The notes under the pieces were generated by a model. The model was not told where the DNA came from, did not search any database, and saw nothing but the letters and a program-made list of their open reading frames with translations. A DNA stretch of 64,000 nucleotides from the sequence record PZ445450.1; one strand, written 5' to 3'. Positions 63,718-64,000 of the stretch are shown here, one piece after another (position 1 is the first letter of the stretch; the number at the start of each line of letters is the position of its first letter). Made by a program: the position numbers and the translations under genes. This stretch comes from a phage.

Positions 63718-64000
63718 GAGTTACTGCACTGGTTGTTTTGTGCTTGTTATTGTGTGGGTGTGCAACCAGCGTTGAGAGAGAATACAAGATTGACCCTCCG
63801 GATGTAGGAAGGTTGATTGTTAAACCTCCCGAGGGTGCTATGAAACCACCTGCTAAAGCTATCCCTTTGAAGAAAGGTGCGCCAGATGCGGTGAATTCTG
63901 GCATTATGAGGGATAATAACCTGTCTTGTAGTAATGATAGAGCTAAATTGATCATTTTGCAAGACTATATAAGAACACTGTTTCCAAAGGAGAGAGGTTA
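63714..64000 (+). CDS. o-spanin-like lipoprotein (proline-rich), 3' end outside the window
   Basis: caggagg RBS; MRVTALVVLCLLLCGC signal/lipobox-like; Pro-rich DPPDVGRLIVKPPEGAMKPPAKAIP. Confidence 0.45.
   Translation, partial: MRVTALVVLCLLLCGCATSVEREYKIDPPDVGRLIVKPPEGAMKPPAKAIPLKKGAPDAVNSGIMRDNNLSCSNDRAKLIILQDYIRTLFPKERG

Noticed and set aside
1-64000. Assignment of the window to phage T5 or its close relatives
   Set aside because: Gene content overlaps (tRNAs, RNR, PhoH, ClpP-like, Sir2-like, flap endonuclease), but gene order, the lambda-R-type endolysin and the arrangement of polymerase relative to the tRNAs do not match my recollection of T5, and I cannot run a search; left as an unnamed large virulent phage.

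Overview
The window reads as a contiguous piece of a large virulent dsDNA phage genome from a Gram-negative, enterobacteria-like host. This is inferred from sigma70-type promoters, Shine-Dalgarno spacing, a lambda-R-like endolysin and E. coli-like tRNAs; no database search was possible and all homology calls rest on motifs recognised by eye. Layout: (1) 1-10.2 kb, plus strand: 3' end of a family A DNA polymerase, then about 25 small genes including a protein with a bacterial SSB-type C-terminal tip and a TARG1/OARD1-like macro domain. (2) 10.2-11.1 kb: repeat-rich non-coding DNA with Fur-box-like palindromes. (3) 11.1-21.8 kb, plus strand: about 30 small genes, most built as promoter, 5' hairpin, CA-rich leader, strong RBS, ORF, with three identical 44-nt intergenic elements and one gene carrying an in-frame amber codon. 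(4) 21.8-24.3 kb: 2.5 kb non-coding convergence zone dense in iterons, inverted repeats and direct repeats. (5) 24.3-58.1 kb, minus strand: small-protein genes including a paralogous acidic family and a ribosome hibernation factor homologue, then methyltransferases, ClpP-like protease, PhoH, NrdG/NrdD/glutaredoxin/NrdB/NrdA, ThyX, HAD nucleotidase, dNMP kinase, DEDD exonuclease, endonuclease VII, RuvC-like protein, flap endonuclease, HNH nucleases, lambda-R-like endolysin, DNA ligase, MazG-like and Sir2-like proteins and an RNA-ligase-like enzyme. (6) 58.1-64 kb, plus strand: polynucleotide-kinase-like and metallophosphoesterase genes, an HTH protein followed by four palindromic iterons and an AT-rich tract, six canonical tRNAs plus one aberrant tRNA-like gene, and a candidate spanin pair. 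No single known defence system was recognised; the strongest candidates for something new are the promoter-hairpin cassette array with its repeat elements, the RNA-repair enzymes beside the aberrant tRNA-like gene, the phage-borne hibernation factor, and the iteron-rich non-coding loci.
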